A stretch of DNA of 64,000 nt from Octopus vulgaris (taxonomy: Eukaryota). Under the pieces are notes generated by a model. The model saw nothing but the letters and a program-made list of their open reading frames with translations, searched no databases and was not told the origin of the DNA. Both the position numbers and the translations under genes were made by a program. Shown here in pieces: positions 50,111 to 64,000 of the stretch (within the stretch, counting starts at the first letter, position 1; every line of letters begins with the position of its first letter). The DNA is taken from the NCBI GenBank assembly GCA_951406725.2, contig OX597817.1:124062001-124126000 (forward strand), given 5' to 3'.

Positions 50111-53100
50111 AACTGTGGTTCTTACCCTCACACCTCATTAACTGTTTGATGTGCAAAACTTGTTAACAGCCTTTGAGAATAAAGGTGCATGACCTACAGA
50201 ATAGGGGGTTATGCTGTGTAAGGTTGTAAGTTTGAATCCAGAACTGTGCAGAACTATGTTGTCCTTGAACAAGGCAATTCATTTCATGTTTCTTCAGTCT
50301 GTTCAGCTGTACCAACTGATTGCAGGTGCAGCTCTTTCTCCCTCCATCTGTCATACCCTCCATGTTTTGTTGTGTCATGTATGGGAGGGCTGAGAGTGTA
50401 TCTATATATTTGCTCTTGATTTTATAAACACTTAAAACAACTACTGGCATACATCATTAATACAACTGTTACATATTAGACTCTAATTTTTAAAATTAAA
50501 TAATCACATTTAATAATGGTATACATAACAATACACCACCAGCAGGCTAACTGAATTAACAATTGCTATTGGATATATTTGCTACGCATACAATTTTTAT
50601 CTTTATTTTTTTTTGTATTAATATATATTAACATTCTTATATTGAGTAAGTATAGTAATTAAAATTTTCATATCTATTGAAGGAGGTGAAGTAATCAATA
50701 AGGTGAAACAAACAAATATTTCGTTTTTGGATTTGGTTTGCAAGATTCTTTATATGAGTTTGTGTGTTGAAGCATATTCTGTTGTGTCTGGGGACACAAC
50801 AAAAATAAGAAATAAGTGGAAATTTTACCGGTGAGTGTGTTACATTATAAGGCACAAAAAGAAAATGACTCTCCCCAGACACAACAAAACAAACAAATCT
50901 TTTCATAGTATTCACTTCTTTAACTATAAGTCCTTATTTTAGATCCCCTTCTAATCAAATTTATCTTTCCTTCATGATTTATTAAAAACTAAGTTCCAGT
51001 AATTAAGTGGTGGTCATGACTATCCTGAAGACTTTCTCCAATCTGTACTTACATGGTAAAATGAGCATTGAATAAAATGATGACAGTAACGAGGACTGTT
51101 ATGGGATCAGTTCAGTGACATACATCCCTTTACTAGGAAACTTCACACATGCCAAAATAAGAAATCAATAAGAAATAAAATTGTATTAAAACTGCATTCA
51201 TGATAATTCAATAGTCACCATTGATTCTTAATATTGTGAGGAGACACATATTTGCAGAAGGATGCAGTCAGTTGAATCAGCCAGTAGTGACTGTAGTATC
51301 TATCACAGGTTCATCTTTTATTGACCTTTGGGAGGCATGAAAGCAATATGATCTCTGGAAGAATTTAAATTTGAAATATAAAGAGATAAAAGACATTTAA
51401 TTATTGACCATAGTAGATCACAAGTACATCTTTTATTGACCTTTGGGAGGGATGAAAGCAAAGTAGTCTCAGAATGAATTTGAATTTGGAATATAAAGAG
51501 ATGAAAATAAATATTATAAGGTATTTAATCTGTCACTATAATTTCTGCCAGGAAAGATTCCTTGTTGATTTTGCTGAAAGCTGCTTAAGTCATCATTTTA
51601 TTTCAATGACTTCTGAGATCTTTGCTAATGGGAAATGCTTGTTCACATTAAAATTTTGTTTTATATTTAACAAGCAGTTAATATTTTTTATGGCATCTAG
51701 TTTATCTTTAATATAAGAATACAGTTGATGACTAACTTCATTTCTTTGAATGCTATTTTCTTTCTTCATATCTAATGAAGTGCTTAAATAGGAAGTTTAT
51801 TTGAGACTTAATATCTCAACACAAACATGATTTTCATTTTTATTCAGATCTCATGATAAGAAAACTACTTATAATAACTACATTTTCTCATCATAGCCTG
51901 ATTTACCAAAATTTTGGTACTAAATAACATAAATTTGACTTCTGATGATCCGAAATGTGAGAGTTCTTAGAAATTTGTTAAGCTGATTTTAGACTATCTA
52001 TTGGTGCCTCGTTGATCAAAGCAGATAGTCATCACTACATTTTCAAAGTATTATTGTAAAAGCAGTCAAAGTGGTTACAAATGAAATCTTCAATACTGAA
52101 AGTGGATATTTTCATGCTTTATTTACTTTTATTTTTACAACTAATTCTCATGTGGCTATTTTGATTTGTAGCCAGTAACTAGTGAAATCTTTTGACAGAG
52201 CACTGTATTTGTAATTGTATTTGCTGGTGTGTGCAAGCGCACGCGTGTGTGTATATATTTGTGTCTGAACATGTGTCTATGTGTGTGAGTGAACAGGAGA
52301 GAAAAGGATTCGAATGGAAATGAAAATTTTGCAATTTTATCCCCACAATAACAATAACAACAATAAAAGCTACTAATGATGAATTGTTAGTAAATTCCCC
52401 ATTTAATTTATTTGTTAGGTTGCATTGCCATCTAGTTAATCAAGAAAATAGCTTTCATTATGAGACTTAGTAACAAGGTTGAGGAGTTATTCTAAAGCTT
52501 TTATTGGGTGACAGGAATAGGAAGTATTAAAATGTTCCAAGTTTTAACTCAATGTTAAAATCATCATTTCCACAGATATTATTTTGCCTGTTTTCTACAT
52601 TGAAGATAATCAAATAAGATTTAAAGGGCTTCTGCAAAGGAAGAACAGTGAGAAGCAATCTTGTTTCTAAAAACAAGATATTAATTTTGGATGTTGGATT
52701 TTGATTTAGCTCTGTTTTGTAGACACAATGTTTCTTTAATAAATTTTGTAGGGCTTAAACTTTTCAATCCTTTACAACATAATTTTCATTTCATTTAATG
52801 TAATCTTTCATGTTACTTTCACTTAAATTCCTTATTCAAACAATGATTTAATCTCAGAAAGGAAGGTTGCCGTATCTATTTGAGTTTATTTCTTTTTAAA
52901 CTGATGTTTGTTATCAAGTTGCTTTAGGTGTTCAATCTTTTAGTTTTAACTTTGATGTACTTCAAATTTTTGCACTGGTAAACAAAAATGTTCCTGATTT
53001 TCTTTTCAAGTATTATTATTTATTTCTTACCCTTTTATCTTTTGATAAAAGCAACTTCTTTTTTTAAAAAAAATAAAATCTTTGAAAAAATTTTGTCTTT

Positions 53101-56100
53101 TGCTTCGTTGTTTCTAACTTCTTTAATAGATAATATTTAAAGAAAAGACACAAAAGTGTAACTTTAAATCCCAAACTTTAACAGGTTGGTGCATTAAGAA
53201 GTAGCCTGATGATTTACATAAGCCATGTATGTTGTGTGTTTTCAATCAATATTGGAAATATATGATTAATCTGATTACAGATAGAGGGGTCAGATGGTAG
53301 TAATATAAATCATTGAGTCCAAGTCACCAGCTTTGTGTACTAACTGCACAAACCTAATCAACAATAATCACATCATTTTGTTATCAAATTAGCTGTTGTA
53401 GACTAACAAGTGCTCGTATTTGGTAGTGATAGAATAAATAAGTTAACAAGTATTCTGTAAGATATTAAATAAAACTCACCAACAATGATATGTCAAAAGA
53501 TTGAAAGGTACCAGTCAGGAGCCTTGGATATATATGTTTCTACTTTAAAGGGAAATGTGCTTCTGTTGTAGAGATGGAGAAGATACTCTGAAAACTAGTG
53601 AATCCTCTCTATCAAATGTAATCTTGACATTTGCATATGTTGGAAACGAATAGTACTCCATGAATAACAACTGGAGTTTTAATGAATATAACCACAACAC
53701 CTAGAAATAAGTAAAATAATTAAAACAAATACATTAAGTTAAAGGACCAGAAGTGATTTTGTGAAGCACAAAATGAGGCAGTGAATGTGTAAGAAAGAGA
53801 GAAGGAAAGAGAAAATTAGGTGAAAGGAATTTAGCATATGGTGGACAGAATGGAAGATAGAGATGCAAAGTAGAGAAAAAGGAAAGAAAGCAGTGGGGTG
53901 TTGATTATAAGGGTGGGATTGGTAAATGGTCAGTGGGTATGATCAACAACTGAAATGAGTAAGTTAAGATGATGAATATTCTAGTTGTTTAATTAAAAGT
54001 ACTCCCTTAAATGAAAGCGTAAGTGATTGAAGATTTAATGAATTTTAGTACACTTAATCTAATACTCAGGGAGATGCATTGTGATTCAATATATGACAAG
54101 GTCTTTCAAATGCAGACACAGTCTATCTGACAGGCTTCCACATAGTTTCCACTTAATGTAATTCACAAAGTTTGGTTTAATCTGATGCTAAACACTTGCC
54201 CAGCATGTTTTGGGGTGGTATTGAACCTGAAGCCATGAGAGTGGAAATTGATTTTCTTAACAACAAAGTGACATGTAGACACATGCATAAGTAAACAGTC
54301 TGGTTAAAGTATGCAACATTCATAAATATCTGTGAGTTAAAGGGAGGAGAGAGAGACAAATGGATAAAAAGAAGGTGGAGAGCAACAAATAAGTGTGTAT
54401 AATATATCATCATCATCATCATCAAATATATTAATAAATCTAGGCATACAGAACTCAATTCATATATAAATGTATGTAGATAGCTTATACATAATTAACT
54501 GCCTATATTTAGCTCATATATGCAAAAAGAGTTATTGTATTTAAACACTGCTATTTATAAAAAGCGTAGAAGAAAAGTAGCATGAGGAATAAGAGTGGAA
54601 ACAGATGTGAAGCAAGAAGAAAGAAATCCTACTTAAAAAAATGTAGTCTTTTTAGCATTTGGAGTTAGAGGCATCTTCCACTATAGTGTTAGCATATTTA
54701 ATGAAGGAGACAAAAAAGCCAGTTAGAAAAATATGTGGTCTCTACCAACAAATGTATTATGTTGAGCATCTACATAATATTTTTCATGTCTATTTTGTGG
54801 ATTATACTGATGGCTGTACTTTGTTGACAAGGATAGAATATGACCAACAGATATCCTAAGGTGTCTCCAATACTTGCTGAGAAAATGAAAATAATACTTT
54901 TATTGATTAATTTTTTTATTTCTCATCACATATATGTTTCTAGTTAAGATTCTTAATGCTTGGAGCTAACTCTAAGACACCTACTGTTTTTCATGCAGAT
55001 GGTGCTTTTGAATTGAATATAACAACTTGTTGATTACATCTCGATGGCACTCTTGAAGATGATCACTGTCTGACTGTTTGTGCATGTCTTACAATAAAAG
55101 CTGCTGAAAAAATTTAGTCAGTCAGAAATTATGAACTTAACATTTTTACCAGCTACAAATACAGTGTTGGCACTTTATGCTCAGTGTTATACACTCTGAA
55201 ATACATATATACACAATCTAAATCCTATTTGAGTATATGAATACCTTAAGATACTTTGACAAGTTGGCTGCATTTATACATGGTAACTAGTTGTACAATT
55301 AGTTTTCTAGATATTAACATACCTTATCCTAATGGGGAAAATATTGCACATTTCAGCATGCAGTGGTTAATTGTATGGAGTGCAATTCAGTCTGAACATT
55401 TATTGCTCTCTGCGTTGTTCTGTGATTTTTGAGAATCACACACAGACAATCTGTCTAACATCCAGGAAAAATCCACATAAATGATTGGCATAAAACCCCT
55501 TACAAACCTGCTCCAGACTTATCCCATTGGCATGCTATCCTCTCTCTCTACCTTTTCTGCAGTTTTTACAAAGGTCTTCTGTTCTATGTAGTCGGCTGGC
55601 ATCATATCTTCACTGAACCACCTGTCTTTTCTCACTTGTCTTTTCTCCTCTCATAATCCTTGTTGTATCAACTACACAAAACTCTGCCCTAAACATTGCA
55701 ACTTTTCTTCTTTGGAATCCCCTGTAACACTCACTTGTGTTGCCCTTTCAGTCATTCTCTTACAACAGTTTAAATGAACCATTAACATCATCAATCTCGA
55801 CTGTCTCAGAGAGTTTATGAATGCTCTGTGCACAACCTGCGTCTTCCATTAAAAAAAAACCGCTAATGATGATGAACAGTAGAGGTGTGGAGAGAGAATG
55901 CAACAGAGAAAGCTTTTGTCACGCTTGACATATATTCGTTGTTTGAATTATTGTGTTCTATTGATAGTATGTTATAAGTATCAATGAATAAGAGTAACAG
56001 AACTTGAATAAGACCAATACATGTTCAAAGTTATTACTGTGCTGCCAAGAAAAATCAGACTACTTTTCTTCACTATACTGCCCACATTCCAGTTTTAATT

Positions 56101-57164
56101 AATTTTAATTTTGGTCTTCTTTCCTGTGCATTCCTTAAATTGAATTTATCATTAAACTGATGGTTATTTCTCTTCACTGTGGTTGGAATTTTAATTACTT
56201 AACATTCCTTGCTTCTTAACATTTAGTATTTTAGTATTAACTTTAGCATTCAGTTTCCATACAGAGTATTATCCTTCTTAGACACAGAGTTGCCACATTT
56301 TGAAATGGAAAGACTTTTTTATTTCCTTTGATTTGAATGAATAATGAAAAGTCAGAAGAATCAAAATTGTTGTTAAAAATATTCGCTAAGAGAATGAGAA
56401 GAGGAGTTGCATTTTGGTTCAAAGTTGGCTCTGCTCAAGAAGCCTAAAATCTAAAGCATTCTAGCAATGACCATCCCATTTTTTTTTTCAGAGGTAATGT
56501 ATCCCAGATTACATTATCCAATGGATTTTTAAAATGCTATTTAAATTTTTTTCTTTTTTTGTAATTTCTACTGGCTCTTTATCAGAGGAGAAAAAAACCT
56601 CAGTGACTAATTGGGCAAAATAAGAAAGGAAGCTGTACTTGAACTAGGGTTCACCTCAAATGTTTGCAACAGAGTGGACTCCACTAAAGGCCACCATGGG
56701 CCAGATCAAGTAACCATCTAAAGGCTCCATTACTGGTTGTTGAGGAGAGACATAATTAGTGTGTGTGTGTGTGGGCATTTGTATGGATGTAGTGAACAAT
56801 AGTAATTTGTATTCTGTTAACAGTCAATAACACTTCTATATAGTCAAATCATATCTCAGGAGACATTTAGAGATTAATTATCTGAAAGGAGGTTACAAAT
56901 TGCCCTTCCAGGTATTCAGGTTAATTGCTACATGTAGAAACAAAGTTACATAAAGCTTAAGATGTCACAGCTGGACTATTGTCTATTAACAATGATGTGT
57001 TCAAACTTCACGACAATCATCATGTTTTGTCACACTTCATTTGGTTGTTGAGATTCTGCAATGTAAGCTCTTTACTTTAATTTTAGACATCATAGTTATG
57101 ACCATACTGGAGTACCACGTTTATGGCCAGTCTTGATTTCTTATTATAAGTCTTGTAATTGTAG

Positions 57165-57413
57165 TCATGGCCAGTGCTGGTGACATTTAAAAAGCCATTC
57201 CATCCATGCCAGTGACACATAAAAGGCACCCATGCCAGTGACATGCAAAAGGTACCCATGCTGGTGACACATAAAAAAACACCCACAACGCTCTTGGAGT
57301 GGTTGGCATTAGGAAGGGCGTCCAGCTGTAGAAACCAAGTCAAATTGTCTAACGGTTAACCTCTAAGCCATGCCAGTATGGAAAATGGATGCTAAATGAT
57401 GATGCTGGTGATG
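57165..57413 (+). mobile_element. RTE 3' tail with short subrepeats
   Basis: GGAGTGGTTGGCATTAGGAAGGGCGTCCAGCTGTAGAAAC...AAATGATGATG. Confidence 0.75.
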
Positions 57414-58202
57414 AAAGACTTATGTAGATAAAAAAGATAAAAGGAAGTCAATCATATTAGCACTATTTGGTACTGGTTTCTTATTCTGACAAGTTTAAAT
57501 GACTTGTCAGACTTAAACCCAGGTAAACTTAAACTCAGGATATAGATGGAAAAGACTAAACATTTGGTGTCTAGCACCAGTACTACTACTAACTCATCTT
57601 TTATCAACTTTAAAATAAGAAACTTGTAAAAATGTTAGGGTGACTTTTTGAAATAGTTAATGATAAAAAATACTTTGGAGTTTGTAAAGGAAATACATAT
57701 TTGTGCATCTTGGATCCAGTTTGAATTAATCTTCTATTCATAGAAGTGCTTCTTTGTTATGAGCTTTTTATGAGTAATAAATTGATATAATCATTAGAAT
57801 GAGAAAGTGCCTTGCAGTATTTCTTCTGGTTCCATCCGTACCAGTCAAATATTGTGTTTAATGCAATTTACTAGCTTCTTGCACCAAAGATTTGGCCTTG
57901 TGCCTATATATTAAATTGCTATTATCAACTTATTTTCTTGTATATCTAAATGATAATACACAAAATACATATTTGGCAAAAGCCCACTAATACAGCTGAG
58001 GAAAATACTTCAGAACAATGTTCTGCATACTAAATGTGAATATGGCAAAGTTTTACATATTTAGTATAGTGAAATAATAAAACTCTGATGAACTTCAATT
58101 ATCCAATCAATTAGCTGACAAAAATCTGATAAGAGCTGCTGAAAAAAAACAAAAGCAAGAGGGATGTCACCAAAAAGATCAATTCATCAGAATATTTTGA
58201 CT

Positions 58203-58605
58203 ATACTCTTGTACTTGTTTCAGTCATTTGACTGTCGCCATGCTGGAGCACTGCCTTTAGTCGAGCAAATCGACCCCAGGGCTTATTCTTTGGAAGCCTA
58301 GTAATTATTCTATCGGTCTATTTTGCCGAACCGCTAAGTTACGGGAATGTAAACACACCAGCATCAGTTGTCAAGCAATGTTGGGAGGACAAACGCAGAC
58401 ACACAAACACACACATACATATATATATATATACTTATATACGACGGGATTCTTTCAGTTTCTGTCTACCAAATCCACTCACAAGGTTTTGGTCGGCCCG
58501 AGTCTATAGTAGAAGACACTTGCCCAAGGTACTACGCAGTGGGACTGAACCCGGGACCATGTGGTTGGTAAGCAAGCTACTTACCACACAGCCACTCCTA
58601 CGCCT
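58203..58605 (-). mobile_element. Full-length SINE (29639 family)
   Basis: Reverse complement of 29639-30041. Confidence 0.92.
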
Positions 58606-60261
58606 ATATAGACATTATAGAATGGAATGAATCTAATCTTTAAAGCCAACAGTTGAAAGTAATTGCAAAGTAATGGATATATGTTTCAAGCTGATTAGAG
58701 CTCTTCAGCAAAGTATTCTAGTGGGTTGGCAAGACTATGAGTGATAAGAAATAACAAAAATAATTAATGGTGCTGTTTATGAACATCAACAATATGGCTG
58801 AAGCAAATATTTTAGGTCAGTATTCTGCATACTAATAACAAATATATAAATGTTTCTCATACTTGATATAGCGAATTGAAAAACACCACTTTCCTGAGAT
58901 TATCGAAGCAATTATCTGAGAAACCCCTCTAGGGTTGGCTAAGATCTAAAAGCAAGCAAAGGAGATAAAGACTGAAATGTCCATTACTTTCACAATTTAG
59001 CTTTAAAGACCATATCCACTTTAATATGCATTATGTCTATAATTCAAAAACTGCAATGAACAAATCTTATTGGAATTACTTCCTTTGTTGTTTTTAGATT
59101 TTAGACAACTCTATAGGAAGTTTTTATCTACTAATTGCTTGGATATCCATAGCTGGCAAAAAGTTTTCAAGTCACTCCACTCCACATATGAGACTATATT
59201 TCTAAAAAGTACTTACTTTGTCATATCATCTCTTTCCCATTAGGAAAATAATATAAGAAAGATAATTAGAAGATTAATACAAAATATTTCTGTTAATTAA
59301 TTAATTAATAAAATATATATTTCTATATTACAGAGAAAAAAGAAATCTATAGTAAAATTTATAATGAAAAAATTTGAGACTACGTGGTAGGGGAAATATG
59401 GACAATAAAATTGGTAAATTCTGTCCATTTTCGAGAAACAAGTTGATCTGCTTTAATCTGCTAACTTTGCAAAGTGAGTCAAAGAGATTGATTGAATATG
59501 GATGAGCTAAAGAATGCAGCTAAACTGAAGAAGCATGAAAATAAGATAATTGCAGTCATTCAGACATGCAATGTCGATTGTTGGTGCACGCAAAGTATAT
59601 TTTGAACAGCTGGTCAGCAGTCACTATAGTATAGGGCAGCCAAGTAAGATATATACAAGCTGTCAGATTTAGAACACTGTATCACGGAAAGTTGGAATAA
59701 AAATAAAGCTGGCATAATCTCATAATTTGTCCAACTCATTTCTATTGAGAAAAATGAGCATAACAATCAGATGTGTTGGTGTTGGTGGTGATGGTGGTGG
59801 TGGTGGTGGTTTTGGTGGTGGTGGTGATAGAATCAGTTACTACTCAAGTCCTGAATATATCCAAGTGATTGATCAGGAATGTAAAATGTACTGTCATTCA
59901 AGTAGCTTTGCAATGATGCATAATTCATCTATTTCACCAAGTCAACTTATGATTTTTCAATTCTATCTATCTACCTATCTATTGATCTTTATATATGTGT
60001 TTATGCATGCGTGTGTGTGTGTGTGTGTGTGTGTCTAAGTTCTGACCCTGACAAAATGTTCACTTAACTATATTCAATACAAATCTTTAATTTAATTTAA
60101 TTTAATTTAATTTAATTATTTCTTATTCGAATTAACTGGACATGGAAATGATTGTAGGTTGTATAAGTTTGATATTGTTCAAACTGATGTCTGTATGTAA
60201 TTTTCTCCATTTTCTTTTTCTTATATATGTATGTATGTATGCATGTATGCATGTATGTATG

Positions 60262-60328
<67 letters not shown>

Positions 60329-60356
60329 ATTATTAAATCCAATTTTATAGTAAAAT

Positions 60357-60527
60357 ATTATATAATATTAATTAGAGACAAAACCACTATTTTGCAAAAC
60401 AAACAAGGAAAGACTTAATCAATACATAAAATTTTAATAAAAAGTCAAAATTAAAATTTTATATATTGATTAAGTCTTTCCTTGTTTGTTTCAAACTAGT
60501 GTTTTGTCTCTAATTAATATTATATAT
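60357..60527. repeat. ~80-bp-arm palindrome between (TATC)n and (TA)n
   Basis: TAATATTAATTAGAGACAAAAC...AAACAAGGAAAGACTTAATCAATA is mirrored downstream. Confidence 0.85.
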
Positions 60528-61137
60528 ATATATATATATAATTCTGTCATCAAATTCGTTTGAGTACAATGTCTAAATTAGAGACAGCTGCTTTTTAAAA
60601 ATGTCTGTATAAAAACGAAAGATATATATATAATCGGCTCACGATCATAACTTGGTCATGAGTTCTGATTGATATGATGCGGGTTAAAATGAGTAAGTAC
60701 TTTATTTCTAACCCCTGCTCCATAAATACTTAGCTGATGTTGTAAAAGAACATGAATTATATTAAGTGTAAGTTACAAACTAAAAATTGATTGTAAAAAT
60801 TGATTGTTTTGAAAGACATTTCAGACGTTTCTTATAATATATGTCTGAAAATAGTGAAACCTCATTGGCACCAGTCTAAAGATTTGCACACATCAAAGAT
60901 AAAGAGTGGGGAAATGTTTTGGTATCATTCCAATGAACACAATTCTGAATCTTGCATTCACATTTAATTTATGATATTATAAAGTCTTTGATTCCTGGAG
61001 TGAATTTACTGAGATATTCTTATTTGGTTAAAAAGAAGAGATAGAAGGAGAGCAGAGTATACAGAGAAAGAGTGGGATGCAAAGAGAGACAGACACACAG
61101 CAGTCAGGCAGATAAAGAATGAAAAAAAGAGAAGAGT

Positions 61138-61250
61138 TATATATATATATATATATATATGTATATACCATTCCAGCATGGAAAACGGGTGTTAAATGAT
61201 GATGATGAGATATATATGTATCTATCTATCTATATACATAGATACATATA

Positions 61251-61320
<70 letters not shown>

Positions 61321-61336
61321 TATATATATATATATA

Positions 61337-61400
<64 letters not shown>

Positions 61401-61585
61401 TATATATATATGCATATATATATATATATGCATATATATATATGTATATATATGCATATATATATATATATATATGCATATATATATATATATGCATATA
61501 TATATATATGCATATATATATATATATATATATATGCATATATATATATATATATATATGCATATATATATATATATATATATGC

Positions 61586-61661
<76 letters not shown>
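61138..61661. repeat. (TA)n/(TATGCA) microsatellite with a short RTE tail tag at 61169-61208
   Basis: Directly visible. Confidence 0.93.
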
Positions 61662-61663
<2 letters not shown>

Positions 61664-61879
61664 AAAAAGTAAAGATAATGTTATAAAATAGATATGCAGA
61701 TATTGAATATATGAATATAATAATTTAATATGTGTGTAATATATATATTATGCATATATAGTTTGTATGTGTATATATATATAAATATATGTTTTTTGTA
61801 TAAGTTTGTTATGTATGTATGTGAGAATTCTGATTGTATAAGGTTGTGATGTGTAATATAGAGTTAGAAGTAGGCAGAT

Positions 61880-62576
61880 GTGTAGGAGTTAGGTGGTGTG
61901 CAGATCAAATATTTGTAGGAAGGCAGATGTGTGAGAAGTTTTGGCAAAAGGGAGGGAGGTGTATAGGGCCTTTATATATAGATATATATATATATATATA
62001 TATGCATATGTGGCAGGTGTTGCGGTTGTTTGGATATATATATATATATATAGAATTTTTATATAGAGAAACTAAGGCGGGCGTTAGGGTAGGCGTTAGT
62101 GAGTTTTAATGTGAAGATGGGGTTAAGACAGTTGTGTGATGTCTCCGTGGTTGTTTAATTTGTATATGGATGGTGTAGTGAGAGATGTAAATGCTAGAAC
62201 CTTTGGTAGGGGAGCCCAAATAGTGGGAGAAAATAGAGAGAAATGGCAGATGAGTCAGTTGTTGTTTCTGGTGATACAGCACTGGTGGCGGATTCGGAAG
62301 AGCAACTGAGGAGACTGGTCGTAGAGTTTGGAAGAGTGTGTGAGAGGAGGAAACTGAAAGTGAATGTAGCTAAGAGTAAGGTGATGAGATGTTCAGGAGA
62401 TGGAATGGCTGGTAGGATGGATGTGAGTATAAGTGGTGAGATGTTAGAGAATGTGAGTGTTTTTAAGTATCAGCGATCACATGTGACGGCGGATGGGTGG
62501 TTGGCTGAGGAAGTGGGATATAGAGTGAGGAAAAGGAGTAAGATACTTGGAGTTGTGAAAGGTATGCTGAGAGATA
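61880..62576 (+). pseudogene. RTE-clade reverse transcriptase fragment running into the gap
   Basis: CADQIFV.RQMCEKF, MWQVLRLFG, GLRQ, VMSPWLFNLYMDGVVR, DTALVADSEEQLRRLVVEFGRVCERRKLKVNVAKSKVM. Confidence 0.9.
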
Positions 62577-62676
62577 NNNNNNNNNNNNNNNNNNNNNNNN
62601 NNNNNNNNNNNNNNNNNNNNNNNNNNNNNNNNNNNNNNNNNNNNNNNNNNNNNNNNNNNNNNNNNNNNNNNNNNNN
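62577..62676. other. Assembly gap (100 N)
   Basis: Run of n. Confidence 1.
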
Positions 62677-62725
<49 letters not shown>

Positions 62726-62993
62726 ATATACATATATATATATATATACATACAATAACGTAAGGTGTACTAGCCATCTGAATGTGGCTAGCCACTGGGG
62801 GTGGGGGTGTTACTGATGCTTTTAGCCCCAGGTGATCAACATCACCAGATGGACTTTAGACACTATCTCAGTGCCCTTGTGTTATTTGCAAAGGGAGGTC
62901 ATCCTCCTCGAAAACCTAAGTACTACATACGGACTATAGTTTCAAGGTAATTGCCTCTCGTCAACGCATGGTAAGCACCGGTCTTCGATGAAG

Positions 62994-64000
62994 TTTTCTT
63001 TATTATGATCAATAGATCTAACATAGAATGGATACATTACAGGACAAAACAATTACAAAAATGCTATGCGAGTTCGAATGAAATTTTAAAAATTACAAAA
63101 TTAAAATTTTATGTCACTTGAACGAAAACTTGGCTTACTTTGCCTTGAAACGAAACCTTGGCTTACTTTTGCCTTTATCACGAGAACTTTTAGTGCGTAT
63201 GTTTTCTTTTCATTTCTTTTTTTTTATTATTAATTCTTTATTTTAAACAGTTATGTACAGTGAAAGGTAATGGGAGGTACCAGTTTCAATTTTGAACCCG
63301 GCAGCCTATAAATCCCAGCAGCTGATTTTTCTTTTCCTCGATGATTAAGCTGGGTTACTTCTCACCCACCTTTCTCATCACATCCTTCCAACGTTCCATA
63401 TACTCTTTCTGTGGCAGGCTCCTCTTCTCCAACCCCATCTTGCTCTTCAGATGATATCCGAAGTATTTTAACAAACCGGGGCCAGAGATAAAGGACCCTT
63501 TCACCAGACCTTCCACTCTAGTTCTCCATACACACTCTTTCAATACTGCCACCGTACAGTAAAAACAAGCCTTACCTTCCTTTGAGAGTCCAGTTGGCGG
63601 TATCATCTTAATCATAGATCCAGCCGACAGCTGTACTCGTCCCAGATGCGACAACACGTGTTCCACGTAACTTATCAAGCCTGACAGCTCCCGACATTGT
63701 ACAAAAGCGTGTTGAACGGTTTCATCGTCCAACCCACATCTTGGACACGTCGGTGGCACTGACATTCCGTGCCTGGATAACTTCTCGCGAACAGGTAATG
63801 CATTCCTATAGCACTGCCAGGTCAGGGATTTTTGGTAATTATCCAAATACCCCGGCCTGAAAGTCTTCTTAAACAGGTTGGAGAGTTGATCCTCATCGAA
63901 CCCCAGAGCCCTTCCTAGGACGTCGTCATTTTTCCTCCTACCAGCCCTTTATAGAACACCGAGGTGGTATTCCCGCTGCCGGCCTTACCCATCTTGTGGA
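62994..64000 (-). mobile_element. Tx1/L1-clade LINE 3' end (ORF2 C-terminus plus 3' UTR), continuing beyond the window
   Basis: zf-RVT-like W...NALPVREKL...CPRCGLDDETVQHAFVQC; stop at 63355; minus-strand AATAAAGAAAA at ~63003-62993. Confidence 0.88.

Noticed and set aside
62463-62795. ORFs spanning the N run
   Set aside because: Artefacts of the assembly gap.
62980-62995. TCGATGAAG resembling 5.8S rRNA as a Tx1 target
   Set aside because: Only 9 nt match, and the flanks do not resemble 5.8S.

Overview
AT-rich, microsatellite-dense animal DNA with one 100-N gap (62577-62676). The repeat families point to an octopus-type cephalopod, which is an inference from memory of these families. I found no convincing host protein-coding exon. 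The window is a mosaic of decayed transposons: mariner, hAT/Buster, Chapaev-like, a piggyBac MITE, foldbacks, Gypsy, RTE, Tx1/L1 and many tRNA-derived SINEs, plus one CpG-rich promoter-like island at about 12.15-12.5 kb. The main signal is self-cleaving-RNA architecture. (1) A near-full-length Hero-like RLE non-LTR retrotransposon (about 7.1-11.2 kb) has terminal direct repeats. The 3' copy folds into a non-circularly permuted hammerhead plus a second type-I-like hammerhead, and the 5' copy lacks exactly the 32 nt carrying both catalytic boxes. (2) A 1-kb ORF-less, 483-bp-period, inverted plus tandem Penelope/retrozyme-like insertion carries a clean type I hammerhead on each strand (35.1-36.1 kb). 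(3) A minimal dimer-type hammerhead lies at 43.2 kb. Also notable are a ~550-bp-arm inverted duplication (21.0-22.7 kb) and an RTE whose 3' UTR is amplified into a 6-unit tandem array (44.1-46.1 kb). All folds were done by eye and none is experimentally confirmed.
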